From contig OX597814.1 of NCBI GenBank assembly GCA_951406725.2, forward strand, positions 207,948,001 to 208,012,000: a stretch of 64,000 bases of DNA, written 5' to 3'. The position numbers and the translations under genes are program-made. The stretch comes from Octopus vulgaris. Lineage: Eukaryota. Under the pieces are notes generated by a model. It did no database searches and was not told the DNA's origin. It saw nothing but the letters and a program-made list of their open reading frames with translations. Of the stretch, positions 1-13,989 are shown piece after piece; the stretch's first letter is position 1; the number at the start of each line of letters is the position of its first letter.

Positions 1-714
1 TAGTTTCAGCTCACGAGCTGTGGCCATGCTGGGGCACCGTCATTTGGTGTTGCTACATAATTTTACTTCACGATGACGATGATGATGATGTCAGACCAAA
101 CAGCTCAATCCAAAAATACATTTACTTGATGTTATCTAATACTATTACAAATCTTAGAAGGCAGTGAGCTGGCAGAATCATTAGCATACCAGACAAAATG
201 CTTAGCAGCATTTCATATATCTTTATGTTCTGGGTTTAAATTCTGCTGAAGTCAACTTTGCCTTTGATTCTTCCAGAGTTGATTACAGTAAGTACTAGTA
301 AAACATTGCGGGGTCAATGTAATCAATTTACCCCCTCTCAATGAACATGCTGGTCTTGTAACAAAATTTGAGACCAATATTATTACAAACTTTTTTCTCA
401 GTATGAGTAAATAAGAGATAGTATAGTGTTCCTAGAATCTTAGAAATGTTAAAACATACAAGGTTTGTTTTTATTTTTATGAATCAGTCAGAGAGTGACA
501 GGCAGTGAGTGAAATGTTTGTATTTCTTTCCTTCTTACTCTCATCACGACAACAATGACAACGACGACGACGACCACCACCACCACCATCAACATCTACT
601 TTTCCATGGTTGCATGGTCAGACTGAATTTGTTGAGGCAGATTTTCCTACAACCAGATGCCCTTCCTATCGACATGCTTTTCTCAGAAGACTGGAAATGA
701 ACAATCTTGCTTGT

Positions 715-762
<48 letters not shown>

Positions 763-1679
763 CTTGTTTACAACTATCAAGTGATGTCAAGACAAGGATA
801 CACACAAACACACACACACACAAACACACACAGTCATAAGACTGAGGTCATACTGAGGCACTGCCTTGAAGAATTTTCTCATTTTTTTTAAAGCCTTGTA
901 CTTATTCTATTGGTCCCTTTTGTCAAACTGTTAAGTTATGGGGAAGTGAACACACCAACATCAGTTGTCAAGTGGTGGTGGGGAAACCCAGACACAAAGA
1001 CACATGTATTTATATATATATCTATAATACATTAAAAATCAGCTTGAATCTTGCTTGCTTGCTTGCAATGTTGCCCAGCCAAACTGGTACATAATGGGAA
1101 AATGCTATAAATTAAGTTTACCCTGAAATGTTAATACGAACAGAATAAACAAGTTTCGCATAAATTGGATATGTAGTTTTAGAGATATTAGAGGTTATTG
1201 GGTATAAATACTCAAAATGATGCATAATGGGAAAATATTCTGAAAATAATCTTAATCCTGAAAAGGAAGAAACTCTTATCTTTCAATTAGACACAGTGAC
1301 TTGAAAACAAAAAATAAGAGTTTTTTTACAGTAAATGTTTCTATTTTTGTTTTTGTTAGACACAGTATTTTAACCATTTAGAAATATTTTTAAGTGAATG
1401 TGATTTCAAAAATGTAAGTTGTTTGTACAGTAAGTATTTATATTTTAGCCTTCTTTAAGCAGACAATATTTTAATGTTATTTTTAAATTATTTTCAGGTG
1501 AATACCATTACAAAACATTTTTTTGGCATATTTAAAAATAATATTTCAAAGTGAAAATGACTTTAAAAATACAGTAAATATTTTGTAAAAGATCCATTCA
1601 TAACCTCGCTGTGAAATATTTTTTTCAATAGTTTTTTTTTTCCGAATGCATTCAACGTATCTCACACCTAAAGATTTAG

Positions 1680-2328
1680 CTGCTATGTGCGCGAGAAGAC
1701 CCGGCAGGACAAGTGAGTCCATAACCCGTGGCCTTCTACATGGGATGGAGCCAGCCTACGTATGCATACCTTCCCTTCTTGGGACACAAAACTCTACTTG
1801 TGAAGACGTGTTGAGGCAAGTGAGGATCAGAATCGAAATCGATCAATGGAAATTGCGGATGTGCTACCAGTGCCGGTGGCATGTCGAAACTCTGCTTGTG
1901 AAGACCCGTTGAGGCAAGTGAGGATCAGAATCGAAATCGATCAATGGAAATCGATCAATGGAAATTGCAGATGTGTTACCAGTGCCGGTGGCATGTAAGA
2001 GAACTTTCCGTTTCGCGACCGTTGCCAGCACCGCCCCGTTTCGTGTCCGTTGCCAGCCTCGCCTGGCCCTCGTGCCGGTGGCACATAAAAAGCACCATCC
2101 GTTCGTGGCCGTTTGCCAGCTCTGTCTGGCACCAGTGCGGGTGGCACGTAAAAAGCACCCACTACACTCACGGAGTGGTTGGCGTTAGGAAGGGCATCCA
2201 GCCGTAGAAACACTGCCAGATTTGACTGGGCCTGATGAAGCCTTCTGGCTTCACAGACCCCAGTAGAACCGTCCAACCCATGCTAGCATGGAAAACGGAC
2301 GCTAAACGATGATGATGATGATGATGAT
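1680..2328 (+). mobile_element. Family C retroposon, longest copy (internal tandem modules, ggttggcgttaggaagggcatccag motif, (GAT)n tail)
   Basis: 3' 170 bp shared with more than 10 copies; 5' part has a ~100-bp internal duplication. Confidence 0.75.
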
Positions 2329-2845
2329 ATATATATATAAAACCACTCTCTCCCTCTCTCCCTGACTGGATAACAATGTATCTCTACAGCAAGACACCTG
2401 TTTTTCCATCTCTCTGTCACACTCAATCCTTTCATCATCTAACACAAAATCACCTCTTCCAATACCCCCCCCCCCACCTCTCAAAGGATCTTTGCCTTGC
2501 AAGTTACATGGTGACCCTGCCAGTGCTGGTGCCACGTAAAAGTATCCAGTCCACACTGTGAAGTGGTTGGTGCTGTAAAAAATCATTCCAAAACTGAGAG
2601 TGAGGCCTGGTACAGTCTTCTGCCTAGCCAGCTCTTGCCAAACTGTCCAACCCATGCCAGCATGGAAAGCAGATATTAAATGATGATGATGATGATGATG
2701 ATGACACACAAACTCATTTAAAAAAGACTTTAAAGCTTAAATATAAAACTCACTTTTTCTTTCCCCATTTCACTCTCTTTCATTTTGCTCCTCCCTACTC
2801 CCTTTCTCTTTCCTCTTCCCCAGTTCTCTCTTCCTCCCACCATTT

Positions 2846-3118
2846 GCATGTGTTTGTGTGTGTGTATGTGTGTGTCTGTGTCTGTGTGTTTGTGTATGTG
2901 TGTGTGTGTTTGTGTGTTTGTGTATGTGTGTGTTTGTGTGCTTGTGTATGTGTGTGTGTGTTTGTGTATGTGTGTGTTTGTGTATGTGTGTGTTTGTGTA
3001 TGTGTGTGTGTGTGTGTTTGTGTATGTGTGTGTGTGTGTGTGTGTGTGTTTGTGTATGTGTGTGTGTGTTTGTGTATGTGTGTGTGTGTGTATGTGTGTG
3101 TGTGTGTGTGTGTGTGCG
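2846..3118. repeat. Compound (TG)n microsatellite next to the exon v donor
   Basis: About 270 bp of TG with TTTG/TATG interruptions. Confidence 0.95.
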
Positions 3119-3127
3119 TAAGTTTAC

Positions 3128-3298
3128 CTGGAATGCCATTTGACAAGTGAAGATGAGTTTGTCCTTCTCAAAGAGTCCTCGTGTGGTGTAGATAAAAACT
3201 GAATATGTAATACTGTCAATCAAGTTGACAACTCGTTGTTTGACATCATCAGCTGGCTCAGCACGTTCTATGGCCTTTTCAAACACCACACTGAAAGC
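3128..3298 (-). CDS. DNAH9/11/17-like: Dynein HC exon v
   Basis: [34 protein letters not shown]; 171 nt. Confidence 0.95.
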
Positions 3299-3884
3299 CT
3301 GAAATTAGAGTTTTAGGAATTAGCACTTTGAAATACCAACAAATATATACTTTTTTTTTATTATTTGTTTCAGTTATTAACCAACAGCTATGATAGAGCA
3401 CTGTATCTGAAGGTTTTCAGACAATCATATTGATCCCAGCATTTATTTCAATCATGTACATATATCTATTAAGTAAATGGCTAAGTTACTGTTTTGCATG
3501 AATGGACACAATTCAACACACCATTTTACACTGGTGTACAAACTCCACTATGAGGCCTTAGGATGTTTTTGTAAATGTCTCATTTATAACTACATATTGA
3601 CCTACCATAAATGGCTAATATGAGTTAAATGAGACATGCTTATCTACATGGCCGAAACAGCTGTAAGATATAGTCTATATTTATATTTATGTGTACTTAT
3701 TATACGTATTCTACTTATTGTATAACATTACTATTTTATGTACACTCCTTCATGTACACTGTTTTACCCTGCATTATTATGTTTAACCTTATAGTTTCTT
3801 ATGTAGTGGTTTAATAAAGTATGTGATTGAGTATTATCTGGTAATTGATATTTGATTTCGATGTATTTCTCCATTTTCTTATTT

Positions 3885-3942
<58 letters not shown>

Positions 3943-4438
3943 TACACATTTTAATATCTATCTATATATATAATTAGATAGATAACAAAGGAATGAGATT
4001 TAAATAATTAACTGCATTAACTTAAAGCTGTTTCTGCTATAAGAAGCACTGCACTCCGAGCTGAGTGCTTGTGCAACGTCTTATAGTCATTAAAATGAAG
4101 TGTATGTTTATTTCAGAAAGCATAGTTTCTTCCAATCAAATTTTCCTTATAGAACAGAGATCAATTTGAGACTATTGTAAAAGACACTTACCCAAAGTTT
4201 TAAACAGGGAGGTCAGTACCAGCACTAAATGGTCATGCAACAAACTTCTTAAACACATGTCTACAACTGTACATTATGTTAATGCTTGAAATGCTTAAAT
4301 ATTTTCACTTCCTCAGGGCAAGCCATTTTATTCCTCTTTTGAGCAATTTATCCTAATACCAAATCTGGGTTTGTCAAAGTAAACTGCAGCAATGGACAAG
4401 GTTATTCAAGCGTCAGGTATCTTAGCTACAAGCTATAA

Positions 4439-4672
4439 GGCGGCGAGCTGGCAGAAACGTTAGCACACCGGGCGAGATGCTTAGCAGTATTTCGTCTGCC
4501 ACTACGTTCTGAGTTCAAATTCTGCCGAGGTCGACTTTGCCTTTCATCCTTTCGGGGTCGATTAAATAAGTACCAGTTACGCACTGGGGTTGATATAATC
4601 GACTTAATCCGTTTGTCTGTCCTTGTTTGTCCTCTCTGTGTTTAGCCCCTCGTGGGTAGTAAATAAATAGGT
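4439..4672 (+). mobile_element. SINE family A (GGCGGCGAGCTGGCAGAA head)
   Basis: tRNA-like A/B boxes (TGGCAGAAACGTTAG; GTTCAAATTC); flanking direct repeat aggtatcttagctacaa. Confidence 0.8.
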
Positions 4673-5215
4673 ATCTTAGCTACAAACATTATGTTGTGCT
4701 GATGATGGAATATAATTTAAATAATTCTTAGCTGGTCGTCTAGTACATTAATAGCTACAGTCCCATTGTCCTTGAAACAACACCCTGCAGTCTTAAAAAT
4801 GGATGGACCCATTAGATAATGTTGTTCTCAATACATGATATCTGAATGAGAAGTAAATTGAAGACTGATAGGGCACAGATTAAATGTCTTTGAGAATAGG
4901 TCTTCCAGATTAAGATTTATTTTAAACTGAATAACAACATCAGTAGCAGCAACTGTTGTAATATTTTGACTATCTTAACTATATGTATTCAGTAAAGATA
5001 TATATAAAAAAAACAATTACAACTACAAAAACAACAAAGGAGCCTCAGAATAGCTGCTTCTAAAAATATTAACCAAATATCTTTCAATTCATACCTTTTT
5101 TGTCTTGAAAAAAGGTAGGGACACATTTGTTAATATAGTTTTAGATATGTACTACTTGAGAAAAAGAAGGGTTGTATAAAACTAGAATCCCTTTGATCAT
5201 ATGTATACAATAATT

Positions 5216-5246
<31 letters not shown>

Positions 5247-5338
5247 AAATCTGCTCAGTTTGACCAGTAGCCAAGTAAGAGTTACTACAAAAACAACAAC
5301 ATCAATTAAAAATAAAAACTCTTGGACTGTAATTTTAC

Positions 5339-5599
5339 CTTGAGAGAGAACTGGTACATAGGATTGATTTTGCTCAGTTCATTCAACTGGAAGTAGAGTA
5401 ACGATGCTCTTTCAGCTGCTGGTCTGTAGCTTTCTCGGGCCAAGTTGATTTCCTTCTCTGTTTTCTTTGCTTCAACCACTTTGACTTCAATCTCTGCCGC
5501 TGTCCGTTTGGTAATCTCAAGATTCTCCACCAGAGCATAATCTCCCAAGAAGTTTCCTTCAGCAGCTGACAATCGAGCAAGTAGAGAATCTTCAAGTTT
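5339..5599 (-). CDS. DNAH9/11/17-like: Dynein HC exon u (buttress)
   Basis: [47 protein letters not shown]; 261 nt. Confidence 0.95.
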
Positions 5600-5934
5600 C
5601 TGGAATATAGAAATAATTTGTAAAGTGCTGGTTCAATTACTAACATGTAAGAATACAGACTAGTATATCAATTTATGTAGACCTGACTCAGTTACAGTGA
5701 TGTAGCAGCCTGTAACAGTCTAGTAATTCATAAGGAGCTGGCTCAGTTATTGAACTGTAAGACAGGTCTCACCATTTATAAAGAGTCAGATAAGTTATTG
5801 AGATGTAAGTCTATAGATCACTCTGAATCTATGAGGAAACTTTGGGTGTATCATAAACCTTATGGAACAAAGATATGTGTATATTTATATTTTTTATATT
5901 TTATGGATTTATCTATTTCCTTATATTATTTCCT

Positions 5935-6334
5935 TACTGGCACTTGTGCCCATGCTAGTAGGGTGCCAAGAGTACCATCCAAGCATGATCGTTGCCAGAG
6001 CGGCTAACTGGCTTCCGTGCCGGTGGCACATAAGGGCACCATTCGTGCGTGATCGTTACCAGTGTCGCCCTACTGACATCAGTGCCAGTGGAATCTATAA
6101 AAAGATTCAAACGAGGTCATTGCCAGTACTGCCTGACTGGCCCCTGGTGGCACTTAAAAAGCACCCACTACACTCTCGGAGTGGTTGGCATTAGGAAGGG
6201 CATCCAGCTGTAGAAACTCTGCCAGATCAAGATTGGAGCCTGGTGCAGCCATCTGGTTCGCCAGTCCTCAGTCAAAATCATCCAACACATGCTAGTATGG
6301 AAAGCAGATGTTAAATGATGATGATGATGATGAT
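5935..6334 (+). mobile_element. Family C retroposon
   Basis: Family 3' end with (GAT)n. Confidence 0.75.
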
Positions 6335-6647
6335 ATGCTAGTGAACATTTTAGATCTAGATTGATGTAAATATAATTGTGTTACTTGACTAAATTATTAC
6401 AATATTAATATTGGTATAAAGCCATGAATTCAAGGGAAGGGTCAGCTCAGTACTTGACAAGAACTTATTTTATAAACCCAGAAGGATGAAAGGCAAAGTT
6501 CACCAAAACAATATTAGTGGCAAGGATAAATTATTTTGCAGTTAACTAGCTGAAGCTTAACTAAGTAGAGTAGTGTGTCATGCTTAAGGCTGTATTACAC
6601 TACCTGTACTACTTCACTCACCATATCTTAAAGAATATGTAACTTAC

Positions 6648-6902
6648 CTTGAGTGTAATTTTGAATTCATTTTGTTGATGTGTAAGATCTGATTTTAGCC
6701 GTTCCAGATCTGGTCTTTCTTTGCTGACAACTGCAGCTAGAAGCTGTTCCTCAAGTCCATCTCGAGTAACTGTGAAATTTATCAATGTTGTTTGTGCCTG
6801 CATCTCAGGTTTGTAATGTGGATTTGCCAGTTTGGTATGTAGAATCAGCTGGAATGTAGAGTTATACTCCACTTCTTTGTCTCCCATTCGGATGGCTCGT
6901 CC
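6648..6902 (-). CDS. DNAH9/11/17-like: Dynein HC exon t (AAA5)
   Basis: [45 protein letters not shown]; 255 nt. Confidence 0.95.
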
Positions 6903-7036
6903 CTGGAAAATATTTCAGTGTTTCATTTTAGGATAAAAATGATTTTTTTTTTCCCTACAATAAAATTCATGTTTTCTCCATAGGAAGAAATAGATATAGC
7001 ACTATAATCCAATGAATCACACATTAATTCTAAAGT

Positions 7037-7420
7037 GTGGAGGCGCAATGGCCCAGTGGTTAGGGCAGTGGACTCGCGGTCATAGGATCGCGGTTTCGAT
7101 TCCCAGACCGGGCGTTGTGAATGTTTATTGAGCGAAAACACCTAAAGCTCCACGAGGCTCTGGCAAGGATGGTGGTGATCCCTGCTGTACTCTTTCACCA
7201 CAACTTTCTCTCACTCTTACTTCCTGTTTCTGTTGTACCTGTATTTCAAAGGGCCGGCCTTGTCACTTTCTGTGTCACGCTGAATATCCCCGAGAACTAC
7301 GTTAAGGGTACACGTGTCTGTGGAGTGTTCAGCCACTTACACGTTAATTTCACGAGCAGGCTGTTCTGTTGATCGGATCAACCGGAACCCTCGTCGTCGT
7401 AACCGACGGAGTGCTTCCAA
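7037..7420 (+). mobile_element. SINE family D (tRNA-derived head GGAGGCGCAATGGCCCAGTGGTTAG), tail type 1
   Basis: A box TGGCCCAGTGG, B box GTTTCGATTCC; flanking direct repeat aattctaaagt. Confidence 0.85.
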
Positions 7421-7515
7421 TTCTAAAGTTCTTCCACTTTTTGGAACAATTAAAGCAACAAAAATAAAACCAACAACAAGACAAGAAAGGAATTCTTTTT
7501 TTGGATATGTCTTAC

Positions 7516-7656
7516 TTTTTTAATGGTATTTCTTCCCAAGAGAGGATCTAAGACTGGATCAATAGATTCCCCAAGGTTTTCAATGAGAACAGTTTCTCCA
7601 GTAGATATTGCTTTCTCAATGATTTCAAGACAGCCCTTTTGACCAAGACGTACAAC
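7516..7656 (-). CDS. DNAH9/11/17-like: Dynein HC exon s (AAA5), absent from the ORF track
   Basis: [47 protein letters not shown]; 141 nt. Confidence 0.95.
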
Positions 7657-7956
7657 CTGTAGGGAAAGAAGAAAAAAAAAAAGAGGAGAAAAGGGAAATT
7701 AAAAATAGACAGATATAGACAAACTGAAAAGGCTACATATTAATATTTACAGATATACAAGGATTTTACAAATGATCGGTTGATTCTAAATGAAAATTAG
7801 TGATCTTCTTGTTCTTTTATTATCTTATTGGTTTCAATCACTGGACTGTGGTCATGCTGGGGCTCTGCCTTAAAGTTTTGTTTTTGATTCACCACATCAC
7901 TTCCACCTCTAATATGTATTTGCACTTAGTATTTATAATATGATGCAGCACAGAAT

Positions 7957-8007
7957 TTTGTCAGTGAACAAGTCATGGTCTCAAAGCAACGAAAATATTT
8001 TGACAAA
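7957..8007 (+). ncRNA. Hammerhead-like motif, G3:C8 core variant (second copy, stem II decayed)
   Basis: TTTGTCA-GTGAACA-..GCAAC-GAAA-ATAT-TT-TGACAAA; perfect 7-bp stem I. Confidence 0.4.
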
Positions 8008-9440
8008 TTAAATTTAAATGTTGAAGTGAATCTAATGGGTTTTGTGTGTTTCTTAAATGGCTTATAAACACCTTCAACACCTTCTATGCTGCAATTGTTT
8101 ACGTTCCAGCACATGATCTCAGATCAGGTCACTTGCTATGCAAGTATATCTCCATAATTTATAATATTGATTTCCGTTTTGTGAACCACTACATTACAGG
8201 TTTGAGATGTGGTTCAATGCCACTAAAAACAAACACATGCTCATATCAGACCCACGTGTGTGTGTATGTGTACACACACACACAATGTGCTTTTTCACAG
8301 TTTTTGTCTCCCAAATTCTGCTCACAGAATATGAAATATTGAGCTTGAAATTACAGCAGAAGATATTTGCCCCAGGTTCTGCACAGTGGAATCAAACTTG
8401 GAATCACATAGTTGGGAAACAAACTTTTTCATCATATGGTCATACCTACACTTACATCATTCCAAGGAGAAGAGATAAGATCTCTGCAACTGAAGACTTT
8501 GACTTCAATCCTAATAGTCATTCCACACCTAACATCACATTGGTAACACATTTAAGAAAAGCATGAACATCACATAATCTCATTTATATCCTCTACTATA
8601 ATTCCAGATAAGAGAGAAAAAAATCAGAAAATAACCACAAGAATTTAGTATCATTCAATTTTGTTAATTTCCTATCTTCAGTTGGTATAATTAAAGACTT
8701 GCATCTCACAAGCAATGACAGCTCATATTTAACCATAGCATTAAGTGCATGTGAAACAAATCTATATCGAAATAGACTGTTAGTTTATCTGAATATGTAA
8801 TTTTATTAAACAATCTTACAACGAAATTCAAACATTCAAAACCACATGTAATCTTGAATATGAAAAAACTATGTGAATTCAACAACTAAAACACTTGTGA
8901 CTAAATCAAGGAGGAATATGGTATTAATATGTTTTCTAAAACTAAGTTTATATCACTCATGGTAGGCATGGTATCATCATAGAAACCAGTCTCTCTTCTT
9001 TGATATCAACTGTTTTGATTTTACTGTTAATTAGAAATTAATTAAAGAGTGATAGCTCAACTGAATTTGGGAATGGCTGTGTGGTTAGGGAGCTTGCTTC
9101 CTAGCTATATGGTTTCGGGTTCAGTCCCACTGCGTGGCACTTTGGGTAGGTGTCTTCTGCTATAGCCCCGAGCCGACCGAAGCTTTGTGATTGAATTCGG
9201 CAGGCGGAAGTTACTGCCGTGTAGGTGCTTGTGCCTCTCCGAAAGAGAGAGAGAGAGGGAATTTGAGACAATATATATCTCTATAAGAGATCAATAAGCA
9301 AATTGAGACATTCTGCCTTATAGTACATTTTACATGGTTCCTTACTTATGGGACACTTGGTATATGTGTTCAAAATAGCAACAGAGAAAAGACAACATAA
9401 CAGCTAATGACTATAAGACTTGTTAACAATTTTTACAAAC

Positions 9441-10244
9441 CTTCAGTGTTGAAGAAAATCTCTTCTTAATCCACTTTATTCCTTGAAGCTGAGGATCAAC
9501 CATTAGGGGCCATCTCTCGCAGTTTGTTAGAATGGTAGCATTTTCAATTGACATCCGGTCACTAGGTAAACCCTCATTGTTCCACTCAGCAATACTTGCA
9601 TCATCTGTTAGTAAAGTCAAAGGGTCTAAACCTTCAGATATGGGAATTATTTCCTTTACTGAATTCAGATAATTAGTCCAGTGCTTATTGATGAGATCGA
9701 GCCTGTATGATTTGGTAAAGCATCCAAGGTATGAGACAAATGATGTGATGAGTAGTGTGTCACCTGGTAGAGTTATTTCTTGTTTTTTAAGTCCTCTGAT
9801 TGACTCAGCCCATCTGACATTTTCAGAAGCCAGTCCTCCAACAAGCCGATTAGCCAAAACGATGGTCTTATTTGTAGCATCTGCTTCTGCTTGACACTTC
9901 ATTTTTGCATTTGTAGCTTCTTCAAATTCATTTGTCAGTTTAGCCAGAGATTTTTCAAGTTCTGTGATTTTATTCTGAATGACAGCCAGCTTGTCTTGAG
10001 CAGCGGCCAATTCTGCATTTGCTTGGTTTAGTGCAATTCTCTTTGGTTCTACCTCACAAAATACTTCATAAAACCTCATAATATTGATTACCCAAGCACA
10101 GAGACCAGCTGCAGCTGAGGACTTGGCACTTATCAACTCAGGGTTGAATTCCTTGTCTGTGAGGTAGGCCTGAATTGCTTTACGGCAGTTTTCATGAATG
10201 TTTTCTTTGTCATATTCTTTCAGCTGAACCAATAATGTATCAAC
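9441..10244 (-). CDS. DNAH9/11/17-like: Dynein HC exon r (MTBD end, CC2, start of AAA5)
   Basis: [58 protein letters not shown]..; 804 nt. Confidence 0.96.
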
Positions 10245-10919
10245 CTAAACAACAACAATAATGCTTTCAGAGTTATATTCCAAAATAAAAATTATTTAAA
10301 AAAATACAATTATTACCTACTTAACTATTCAAATTATCTACAAACAGTGGCAACATCATCATCATCATCCTCTTCATTTTATGTCCACTTTCCATGCTAG
10401 CATGGGTTGGACGGGTTGTAAAAGTTTGAACCAGTTATTATTCGAAGTTACTGTCCTCCTAGGTGGTTTGGAAGGCCACAACATGCTTATATTTTTCCTC
10501 TGTGATTTGTCATCTATAGCTGGATGCCTTTCCTATCACCATCCAGTTTACAGAATGTACGGGGTGCATTTTATCATGTAGGTTGTCATATCCTCAAGAC
10601 TGGAAAGTCCTTTTAGTTCTACATTGTCCCCACTCATCTGCCAAACACTCTACAGAGTGTACTGGGTGGTAATTATCATGACACCAGCATTAGCGAAGTT
10701 GCCTTGTGCCCCATATTCCTTATTCATACATTATAAAATTATAAATGTTTACCAAATGTTACAAACTTTACAAGTTTGTTTTGCTATATACACAGTTTAA
10801 TTTTCCATACTGAATTCCATCTAATCTAGCAGTTAATTATAATCTATCCACTTGGACATATTGTCTTAAAAAATAATAATTGACTACTCCCTTCCCACAA
10901 AATGTCTAGATATGAACCT

Positions 10920-11172
10920 ATTGGCACGTAAAATGCACCAATCCGACCGTGGCCATTGCCAGCCTCACCTGCCACCTGTGCAGGTGGCACGTAAAAAGCA
11001 CCCACTACACTCACGGAGTGGTTGGCGTTAGGAAGGGCATCCAGCTGTAGAAACATTGCCAGATCAAGACTGGAGCCTGGTGCAGCCTTCTGGCTTCCCA
11101 GACCCCAGTTGAATCGTCCAACCCATGCTAGCATGGAAAACGGACGTTAAACGATGATGATGATGATGATGA
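10920..11172 (+). mobile_element. Family C retroposon
   Basis: Family 3' end with (GAT)n. Confidence 0.75.
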
Positions 11173-11356
11173 CAGCGATAAATGGCTGAGAATCATTTTA
11201 CTGGTTCACGAAACAGCAGATATCATGAGATATCCAGTTTCTGGTTGGTTATATTCTACAATAATTTTAGCTATATCCAAGGACAAAACTACCTCTACCA
11301 TCTTAGCTATTATGGTAACATTCAACAATTCAAATTATATATTTAGCAGCTCTTAC

Positions 11357-11503
11357 CTTACTCATTATAGTAGATTTTGCTGCTTTCCAGCTCCTGTCTT
11401 TAGGAATCTTCCCTCCTGGCGCTAACAAAACCATCACTGCAGCAGTGACATTTGTCACAGCGCTAGGCGGTGCTCCAAAAGATTTCATTTCTGTCAAGTT
11501 ACT
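11357..11503 (-). CDS. DNAH9/11/17-like: Dynein HC exon q (microtubule-binding domain), absent from the ORF track
   Basis: ttaaaag|AGT..AAG|gtaaga; [49 protein letters not shown]; 147 nt. Confidence 0.93.
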
Positions 11504-11635
11504 CTTTTAATGGAAAATGATAAGAAAGAAATATAAAAAGATGGAAAGAAATAACTAATGCACATCAAACAGATTTTTTTTCCTTTGTATAACAAAGTTG
11601 AAATTCTTAATATGTATAGCTATGTCATAATATTA

Positions 11636-12037
11636 CATTGATTTCAAATTTTGGCACAAAGCCAGCAAGTTTGGGGGAAGGGGTAAGTCGATTACATCGA
11701 CCGCAGTGCTCAACTGCTTCTTATTTTATCAACCCCAAAAGGATGGCAGGCAAAGCTGACCTCATTGGAATTTGAACTTAGAACATAAAGATGGATGAAA
11801 TACCTATTTCTTTACTACCCACAAGGGGCTAAACACGGAGGGGACAAACAAGGACAGACAAATGGATTAAGTCGATTACATCGACTCCAGTGCATAACTG
11901 GTATTTAATTTATTGACCCCGAAAGGATGAAAAGCAAAGTCAACCTCGGCGGAATTTGAACTCAGAACGTAAAGACAGACGAAATACCGCTAAGCATTTC
12001 GCCCAGCGTGCTAACGATTCTGCCAGCTCGCAGCCTT
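11636..12037 (-). mobile_element. SINE family A: young copy adjoining or nested in an older copy
   Basis: Two consecutive reverse-complement copies. Confidence 0.75.
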
Positions 12038-12302
12038 GAATATTATATTGATATGTTATATATATTGCACAGTGATTGAATAAAGTGAAAACAAAACAAA
12101 AACAAAATAAAAAATGAATTCATTTATATCATCCTCATTATTATCAATCCTTCAGATATGGATTGATCCATCTCCTCTCCATGCTCATCATTTTAATGTA
12201 ATGTTCTCAGGATTGCAAATGTTAGCTTTAGTTTCTCCTCTTTTTCTTTCTTCCGCTTCTCCTCATCTCCTTGTTTCTCATCTAACTACAATCTTATTAT
12301 AC

Positions 12303-12535
12303 TTATTTCTTTATTACCCACAAAGGGCTAAACACAGAGGGGATAAATAAGGACAGACATAGGTATTAAGTCGATTACATCGACTCCAGTGTGTAACTGG
12401 CACTTATTTAATCGACCCCGAAAAGATGAAAGGTAAAGTCGACCTCGGCGGAATTTGAACTCAGAACGTAACGGCAGACGAAATACCGCTAAGCATTTCG
12501 CCCAGCGTGCTAACGATTCTGCCAGGTCACCGTCT
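12303..12535 (-). mobile_element. SINE family A
   Basis: Reverse complement of 4439-4672. Confidence 0.8.
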
Positions 12536-13989
12536 TATTATACTGTTGCTCTTCATCTCCCTTTCATGTACTGCCACCTACCACCTTCTCCTCCCTGACC
12601 CACACCTTCTCTCCTTTACCTTCCCTCCCCAACCAATATTCACCATTGACAATGCTTTCATCCATGTTTTCCATTCACTGCTATCCCCCCTCTCTAACCA
12701 TCTATTGCTCTTTCAAGCTCTTGCAAACTTACCTGCCCATCCAGCCATCCTTGATTCCTTATCTCTATTCTCCCTTTATCTATCTTCTACCTTGAGGGTT
12801 TATCCTGACACCACATATCCACCATCCTTTCTCCTTTTCCAGTAGGAGTAACCATGTACAGTAAGAGGTCATTACCTGTTCCTCCATCAAACTCCCTAAT
12901 CCTGGCTCAAAACCACATCCCTTGATACTGCAACCCTGCTCAGTTGAGAGGTTTTATCTAACAAGTTACTAGATGATGTCACAGGTGCCAGACGCAGCTA
13001 GCAAACGGCCACGGACGGATGGTGCTTTTTACATGCCACCGGCACGGGGGCCAGGCGAGGCTGGCAACGGCCACGAACAGATGGTGCTTTTTACGTGCCA
13101 CCGGCACGGAGGCCAGTCGGGGCGGCGCTGGCAAACGGCCACGATCAGATGGTTCGCTTACTTGTCACCGGCACTGGTATCACAGCTGTAATTTCCATTG
13201 ATGTTGATCGACTTCGATTTTGGTTCTGCTTTCTGATATCTGATTTGATTTGGTTTGATTTTGATTTTGATTTTGATATATTTATTTTATTATAAATGCA
13301 AAACAACACCACAGAGTAATCGACATAAACTTAAATAATAAACTGCAATATGGCAAGGGATTATTGTGTATATATATGAGTAAAGGAGAGGCTATTAATG
13401 AAATTTAGTAACCTATCTTACAGATATTTATATTTTTTAATGCCATTAAATTAATGACATAGAATAGCACTACATTAGCCAATGTCACCTTCCTTTCCTT
13501 TTAACACAGAAAGATGTCATTTGGTTGTTCTTTCTAGCAGATCATGCAATCACATAGAGACTCTCTTGTTGGTTCAGCGATGATTGTAATGATGATGATG
13601 GTGGTGATGTGATGATGATGGTGATGTGATGATGATGGTTATGTGATGATGATGGTGATAATACTGATGGTGATGACAACGATGATGATGACAGATTACT
13701 TGGTTCATCCACTGTGACATTTTTAAGCCTTATTCTAGCTTCTTCTGATGAAAGATACCCTCATCACCCGTTCCACCCATCTTTCCAACTTTACCCACTT
13801 GATTGTCTGGTTTGCTAGAAACAGCAACTAAAACTCCCATCAGTCTTTAAAATGAAACAGCACATTGTAATATGTATTCCTACATACACAATATCTGAAA
13901 CAAAATATGGAAAAGTCACAGCTAGTACAACTTTTATCACAAGTCTTTCTGGTCAGAATAGATATGCATTAAAGAATAACGACAAGGAA

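Noticed and set aside
1970-2165. CRISPR-like repeat/spacer look of the family-C modules
   Set aside because: The context is a eukaryotic intron, the spacers recur between copies, and there are no cas genes. It is an internal tandem array of a retroposon.
2229-2260. CTGATGA followed by the hairpin TGAAGCC-TTCT-GGCTTCA in family C (also at 35764)
   Set aside because: No GAAA follows the stem, and most copies read ctggtgca, so it is not a hammerhead.
1-3127. Further dynein exon downstream of exon v
   Set aside because: I found no dynein-like peptide with splice sites; the next exon probably lies outside the window.
2730-3150. His/Thr- and Cys/Val-rich ORFs (also 45831-46872, 589-891, 28918-29145)
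   Set aside because: These are translations of micro- and minisatellites.
7037-7112. tRNA gene
   Set aside because: It is the tRNA-derived head of multi-copy SINE D. It has no proper acceptor stem and continues into the SINE body.
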